A stretch of DNA of 63,594 bases, filler included, from Klebsormidium nitens (Eukaryota > Plantae > Klebsormidiophyceae), in NCBI GenBank assembly GCA_000708835.1. It is 10 parts of 10 records of this genome, joined end to end, with 100 filler letters (N's around TTAATTAATTAA, not from the genome) between each part and the next. Parts side by side here need not be neighbours in the genome. Positions count along the whole stretch, not along the records: positions 57,751 to 60,897 come from DF238605.1; positions 60,998 to 63,594 come from DF237022.1; 8 more parts are not named here. The stretch is one strand, 5' to 3'. The notes under the pieces are model-generated. The model was not told the DNA's origin, made no database searches, and saw nothing but the letters and a program-made list of their open reading frames with translations. Positions 57,978 to 63,594 of this stretch are shown in pieces. Numbering within the stretch: position 1 is the stretch's first letter; each line of letters begins with the position of its first letter. A program made the position numbers and the translations under genes.

Positions 57978-60065
57978 TCAGCCACGCGCCCGCCTGATCA
58001 AGTCTGTCAACGGATAGCTAGCCTCGCTCCAATAGACGGCGTACTTTGACCGTTCAAATAACGTGTCAAGTATGGTCGTCACACGGCTTAGCAACCTCCT
58101 AATACTCGTGATCTGCTGGAGGCTAGCTGCACATCGCTTCAGGCCAGAATTGACCCCCTCCGAAGCCGTTGTAATCGTATGGCCGTGCTGCGGAAAGGAG
58201 TCAATGAAGAGCGTAGGCGCGCACGTGTGCGTTGCGTAGCGCTTTGCCCCTGCCGGTGCGCAGCTCACCGGCCCCGAGTGGAAGCGGTCGACGACGAACA
58301 ACATAAACTTGGCCAACTGCGGCACCCGGTTCAAAAACCACTCCTGGGCGTTGCATGCGGCGTCCTCCACAATCGTGAGCCCCCGCAGCGTCTTGAATGG
58401 GAACCGCGTCAAGAGCACTGTTCCAAGGTCCGAGACGGATTCGCCACCTTTCAGCCAGTGGTATCCCAAGGGGGCCCGGTCTTGACAGCACGCGATGAAC
58501 ATCCCCGCGCGCCCCTTTGACGATCGAGGGTTGGGGGCGCTGCAGTGTTCAAGGGTGAGCCGCTCCTCGGAACCCTTTCTCCCCCGACCCAAAGCGTCCT
58601 CCCAATCGACAAATTGCGGCCGCCCGTATAGCAGAGGGTGGAAGTCGTACGTTGATACCGCCTCGACCCGTTCTCTATAGAGCGCCGATGGCGCTTGAAG
58701 GAACCCGCCATTGCGGTAGCACGGGGGTTCGCGAACCTCCAGCTCGAACAAGAGCAAGTTGGCGGTCCTTTTCAATGCCGCCCCTTGCCGCTCCGCGTAC
58801 TCCATTGCGGCCGCCTCAAGCTGGCCCATGAGCCTCAGCCTCTCGGCTTCGATTGTCCACAGATGCTTGGTAGCATCATGGAGAGCGGCCAGAGGTGAAC
58901 GCGAGGACGGGCCGGGCCGGTTTGCGCTCGGCTCGAAGCAGAGGAGGTTCGTGGCGTAGATGTCCCGAACGAGCGACCGGAGCGTTGGCGGAAAGGCGTA
59001 CAGCCCTCCGGCAACGGGATGGAGACGCAAGATGGCTGCCAACATGGGGCCGTCGTTGGAGAGGTACGCCAACCCCCGCTCGTCGAGCGGCCCCTCGAGC
59101 AACGCGTGTCTCTGCAGCTTCAGAGTGACGACGCGCCCAAACACCCAGGAGTAGCGAGGGATGAGCAGGGCGTGAAGAAGGGCTTCGTACGCTTGAAAGT
59201 GCGTCGGGCACCAGCCGGTCGGTCCCACGGGCCCGTCCTTGAGGAACCCTTGCATCCACGGCCGCCGCGGCACCGCCTTGCAAATCGCACACGTGGCAGG
59301 GTCGCGACACGCTCCCGACTCGATCACAAGGTCGAGCAGAGCAGCGACGTTTGCCGGAAGCCCCTCTCGCATGGCGACAAACCCCTTCGGCTTCAGAGGC
59401 GCGTTGCTCCCTTGGGCCGGAGCCTTGCGAAAGTTGCACCACCTTTGCGCAAGCGCACGCACAGCCGGCCGCAACTCAGACAACCCATTGCGATACTTCC
59501 AAGGGCAGTCGATTCCCTCTAGCGGCACGTCAGAGGGACGCACACCACCCACGCTCAGAGGAGTAAAGCCTCCAGCAATCCTGGGCGCTTCCGGGTCAGG
59601 CTCACAGATGCTGTGCAAGGACGCTTCCGTGCCGGAATCTTGCATTGCGCTCGAGTTGGCAAAGAAGGTCCCATCAAAGGTGATGACCTTGTCCTGCCCA
59701 AAGGCGTACGTGGCCAATTCAAAGCTCGACCCCTCCGTTCGCTCCGGCCTCAGGGGGTTGCCAGCCCTCCGGGCCTCCGCCTCGGCCACCTTCACCTCGC
59801 ACGTGTAGAGGTGCGCGCAATCGACGCGCGAGCACACGTGCTGGATCCGAGGCCGGGCGGCCAGGTCGTTGAAGGCTTGCATCGCCGAGTCGAACACACG
59901 GTCGTCCAGCCGAGGGACGTTCGGCCCCTCGAGGCACTTCGTCGCCATGTCCCCTGCCTCAAAGTTGAGGCTGTGGGCCGCCCCCAGGGCTGCCGCAAAG
60001 TGGTTGCGCAAGTTGAGGCCGTGCGAGACGAGGTTGTTGCCGGAAAAGTTAAAGATGCCGTCTTC
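57978..60065 (-). CDS. KDZ-type transposase family 1, copy 2, exon 2 (intact frame)
   Basis: Homologous throughout to 22867-24951; same acceptor position (TTGCAG/GAAGAC at 60066/60065). Confidence 0.88.
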   Translation of the reverse strand, partial: EDGIFNFSGNNLVSHGLNLRNHFAAALGAAHSLNFEAGDMATKCLEGPNVPRLDDRVFDSAMQAFNDLAARPRIQHVCSRVDCAHLYTCEVKVAEAEARRAGNPLRPERTEGSSFELATYAFGQDKVITFDGTFFANSSAMQDSGTEASLHSICEPDPEAPRIAGGFTPLSVGGVRPSDVPLEGIDCPWKYRNGLSELRPAVRALAQRWCNFRKAPAQGSNAPLKPKGFVAMREGLPANVAALLDLVIESGACRDPATCAICKAVPRRPWMQGFLKDGPVGPTGWCPTHFQAYEALLHALLIPRYSWVFGRVVTLKLQRHALLEGPLDERGLAYLSNDGPMLAAILRLHPVAGGLYAFPPTLRSLVRDIYATNLLCFEPSANRPGPSSRSPLAALHDATKHLWTIEAERLRLMGQLEAAAMEYAERQGAALKRTANLLLFELEVREPPCYRNGGFLQAPSALYRERVEAVSTYDFHPLLYGRPQFVDWEDALGRGRKGSEERLTLEHCSAPNPRSSKGRAGMFIACCQDRAPLGYHWLKGGESVSDLGTVLLTRFPFKTLRGLTIVEDAACNAQEWFLNRVPQLAKFMLFVVDRFHSGPVSCAPAGAKRYATHTCAPTLFIDSFPQHGHTITTASEGVNSGLKRCAASLQQITSIRRLLSRVTTILDTLFERSKYAVYWSEASYPLTDLIRRARG

Positions 60066-60138
60066 CTGCAAGAATGGAGGGGAAGAGTGATCTTGGTCGC
60101 GCGTTCAAAGTAGATCAAATGATTTGTACTACTCTGTC

Positions 60139-60897
60139 ATGGCTTTGAACGACAAGTTTGCGTCCGCTCTGAGCGTGGTCGGCGAGAATGGCTTGCTCAA
60201 ACTTTCGGACTTGGCAGCTTCAGCATGTACCTGCAAAGATGCCCAGGCAGCTATCGGGACTATGATGCATGAGTTCCCCGTTCCGAGCAGCGTCGCATCT
60301 GGTCCGCTACATTTTGAATCCGTCTGGCCTCGGGCCTGTTGCAAAATATGCAACAATGAGTGGACCGAATTGCGATGGCCTTTGCATCCTCATAAGGGGT
60401 TGCCGATATGCCTTAGTTGCTTAAACTTTGGCTTGCACCGCGCGCTCGACTGCTTGACCACAGGAGAGGCCCGACGAAAGTACCAAATCAAGGACCTTTC
60501 TTCACTTCAGTGGGCTCCTCATCCTTTGGGTTTTGTCAAGACGCGCTTCTATCGGGAGTCGGACCTGCGAGTGCTAGCTGTTCGAGAGCGAGGAGGTCCA
60601 ACGGGCTTCAACAGTGCTCTAAACGATCGACGAGCAAAGGTAGTCAAAGAACGAAGAATGAGGCTTGTCAAACATTATCATAACCTTGCAGAGCTCGGAA
60701 GATGTTTCCAGACGCAAGCCGTTCTGGCCGGTCTCAATCCAACAGAATGCTTGGACCTCAGAGCAAAACTTGAGAGTCGTGAACAAGAGTTGGAGCGCAT
60801 CTTTCGCGAGGAGGCAATCCAACAATTTGTGACGGTTGGACAGGGTCACACGCTGCCTGTCTACTTCACATGTGCGGAAACCATGCGAAGCTTCTCA
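60139..60897 (+). CDS. Antisense intron-nested F-box-like/XPA-like gene (copy 2, open frame, runs into the contig end)
   Basis: MALNDKFASALSVVGENGLLKLSDLAASACTCKDAQ; CKIC..LPICLSC; CLTTGEARRKYQIKDL; TRFYRESDLRVLAVRERGG. Confidence 0.8.
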
Positions 60898-60997
60898 NNN
60901 NNNNNNNNNNNNNNNNNNNNNNNNNNNNNNNNNNNNNNNNNTTAATTAATTAANNNNNNNNNNNNNNNNNNNNNNNNNNNNNNNNNNNNNNNNNNNN
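60898..60997. other. Artificial contig-joining spacer
   Basis: N44-TTAATTAATTAA-N44. Confidence 0.98.
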
Positions 60998-62577
60998 GAC
61001 TCTTGGCTTGGGTGGCAAAACGTGCGCCGCGCATCAAGAGAGGAGCTGCCGAGCCCCCCAGGCTTCTGTGCGCCGTCGGTGCTCGCCAGCCCCACGATCC
61101 CGTCGCAAAGCAGCACCTGCACATGTGTGCACAAGTGTACGTTCAGATTCATGTACAAATCACATATGACGAGCTGGGGTTATGGCCGGCCGTGGCAACG
61201 TCCAGCACAATTTACGATTCCATTCAAAGACCATGCTCTGTAGGAGAGCTGAGATAGCAGAGACGGCACGGACACGAGAGTCTCGTGTCCAACATTGATT
61301 GAAGTCTAGTGGGTCTCGACTCTCACCTTGGGATGGGGCCCACACAGCGAGCAGCAGTCTCGGAGCCCGAGGCCGACCAGCTTAAAAAAGTCGAGGCTGG
61401 CCCTCCGCCACGTTTCCTTGCTCAAGACGGCCGCATCCGGCGACCGTTGAAAGGCCGCTTGATGCGTTGCCAGCTCCGCCTTGAAGCTGTGGCCGTGCTG
61501 CATGCCTCGCAAGAGCAGTTGCAAGCTCTCTTGGACGAAAAGGGTCCGCGAATTCCACGCGTACAGCCCCAGGTGCTCGCCGTCAAAGTGCACCGTGTGT
61601 GCCTCATCGAGGCACGAGCAGTGGTAGATCCGCACCCGCACCCGCTGGCTCCACTGGGAGGCCGTGACGTCCGCCTCGACCCATGCCTCTACCCACGAGC
61701 CGCCGCACGCTGGAGCATCCAAGGGGCAGGGCGCGCTCAGCAGCCCCTTCTTCGAAAGCTCTTGAAAGTGGCAATCCCTTAGCCGGCTGACATGGACGGG
61801 GCGATCGAGCGAAGTCACGAGCGGGTCGTGGACGGCGTGCGCGTCGCTTAGTCGCGCCAACCTGGGCCTCGAGACTTGGACGGCCTCCGTTGTCAGAAGC
61901 ATGACGGGGGCGCGAACCCGCAAAGCCTCCCCGTGCTCGCATCGACCGCCGGCAGCCGCCAGCGAAGCCATCGAGCAGCTCGTGCACGCATCGACCCAGC
62001 CTCGAATCGCTTCTTTACTACCCCTCGCTTCCGTCGGCGGCCGAGCGTCCCACCCTGCTCTCGTTACTGGCTGCAAGCCTTGCTTGTGCGCCCTCCAGAA
62101 GGTCTTGTTCCGCCTTGCCCGTTTCCGAGGAGGCAACTCCTCAACCGACCCCCCCTCTCTTCCACGATCGCCCCCCTTGCTCCCCCGATCATCAGAGACG
62201 TGTGCGGCGGCCTCTCCAAAGAGTCGATTGTGCTGTCGACAGAAGCACGAGTCGCCACTGCACTTTGCCGGCTCGTGGGGCCGCTTCTCGAGCAGCTCAA
62301 CGAGGTACCGCTCCTCCTCCGATAGCCCCGCATCACCTCCGGGCCCCTGCAAGGAGGTGCCCACGGCGGGGCAAACCCCAAGCTTTGGCAAGTCCCCCTC
62401 CCACCGCTCAAGCCAGCTCAGCGCCGCTATCGACAAGGGTTTCCGAGAGCCTCAAGATCAGCTGGTCGGCCATAGAAACGCCCCCCTCATCCAACCTTAG
62501 AGCCGCCTTAGCTGCCGAGACGTGCGAGCAGCCCACGAGGCTTGGGCACCCTTCGCGCTTGCCCTCGCAATACCAAG
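60998..62577 (-). mobile_element. Partial KDZ family-2 transposase copy
   Basis: WYCEGKREGCPSLVGCSH...GLYAWNSRTLFVQES...GPHPK, intron 61326-61117, then VLLCDGIVGLAS; 1-nt shift near 62440. Confidence 0.85.
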
Positions 62578-62597
62578 NNNNNNNNNNNNNNNNNNNN

Positions 62598-63594
62598 AGC
62601 TTAAAAAAGTCGAGGCTGGCTCTCCGCCACGTTTCCTCGCTCAAGACGGCCGCATCCGGCGACCGTTGAAAGGCCGATTGGTGCGTTGCTAGCTCGGCCT
62701 TGAAGCTGTGCCCGTGCTGCATCCCCCGCAACAGCAGCTGCAGGCTATCCTGAACGAACAGAGTTCGCTTATTCCAGGCGTACAGCCCCAGGTGCTCGCC
62801 GTCAAAGTGGATTGTGTGCGCCTCGTCAAGGCACTGGCAGTGGTAGATCCGCACCCTCACGCGTTGGCTCCACTGGGAGGCCGTGACGTCCGCCTCGACC
62901 CATGCCTCTACCCACGAGCCGCCGCAGGCTGGAGCATCCAAGGGGCAGGGCGCGCTCAGCAGCCCCTTCTCCGAAAGCTCTTGAAAGTGGCAATCTCTAA
63001 GCCGGCTGACATGGACGGGGCGATCGAGCGAGGTCACGAGCGGGTCGTGGACGGCGTTCGAGTCACTCAGTCGCGCCAATTTAGGTTTGGTAACCTGGAC
63101 CGCCTCCGTGGTAAGGAGCATGACAGGAGACCGTACCCTCGAAGCCTCGCCGTGCTCACACCGACCGCTCATGGAGGCCAGCGAGGCCATCGAGCAGCTT
63201 GTGCACGCGCCAACCCAACCCCGGATCGCCTCCTTCCCCCTCGCTTCCGTCGGCGGCCGAGTGTCCCACCCTACTCTCACTGTCGGCTGCAAGCCCTCTT
63301 TGTGCGCCTCCCAAAAAGCCTTGTTCCGCCTCGCCCGTTTGCGGACGGGCTGCTCCTCAACCGACCCCCTCTCCCTTCCACAATCGCCCCCCTTGCTCCC
63401 CCGACCATCAAAGACGTGTGCGGCGGCCTCTCCAAAGAGTCGATCGTGCTGTCGACAGAAGCACGAGTCGCCACTGCACTTTGCCGGCTCGTGGGGCCGC
63501 TTCTCGAGCAGTTCAACGAGGTACCGCTCCTCCTCCGACAGCCCCGCATCACCCCTTCCCTGCGAGGAGGTGCCCACGGCGGGGCAAACCCCAA
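62598..63594 (-). mobile_element. Partial KDZ family-2 transposase copy
   Basis: ORF 62408-63577 homologous to 41042-42100 and 61330-62400; ends at ..RASLDFFK at a 20-N gap (62578-62597). Confidence 0.85.

Overview
Eukaryotic nuclear DNA, not a prokaryotic locus: it has GT-AG introns, a plant-type EXO70 and a plant-type GH9. This fits a streptophyte green alga such as Klebsormidium (inference, not confirmed). The window is ten separate contigs joined by nine artificial 100-bp spacers (N44-TTAATTAATTAA-N44), so adjacency across a spacer is not biological evidence. Host genes: EXO70 (8 exons), DPH4, an intronless F-box/ARM gene and an intronless GH9 endoglucanase. Mobile or virus-like DNA: a decayed Ty3/Gypsy pol; a giant gag-like ORF with no pol; a deleted Ty1/Copia with a half-tRNA-type PBS; a spliced AEP primase-UL9-like helicase gene; a zinc-finger/double-HNH endonuclease; and five copies of KDZ (Kyakuja-Dileera-Zisupton)-type transposases in two families. 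Main observations: (1) family-1 KDZ transposases carry an antisense F-box-like/XPA-like gene inside their ~1-kb intron in two independent copies; (2) 50-bp fixed-length palindromes lie around and inside the primase-helicase gene; (3) EXO70 introns are built from tandem decayed copies of their own exon-intron junctions. All domain calls are by eye from motifs; no database searches were run.
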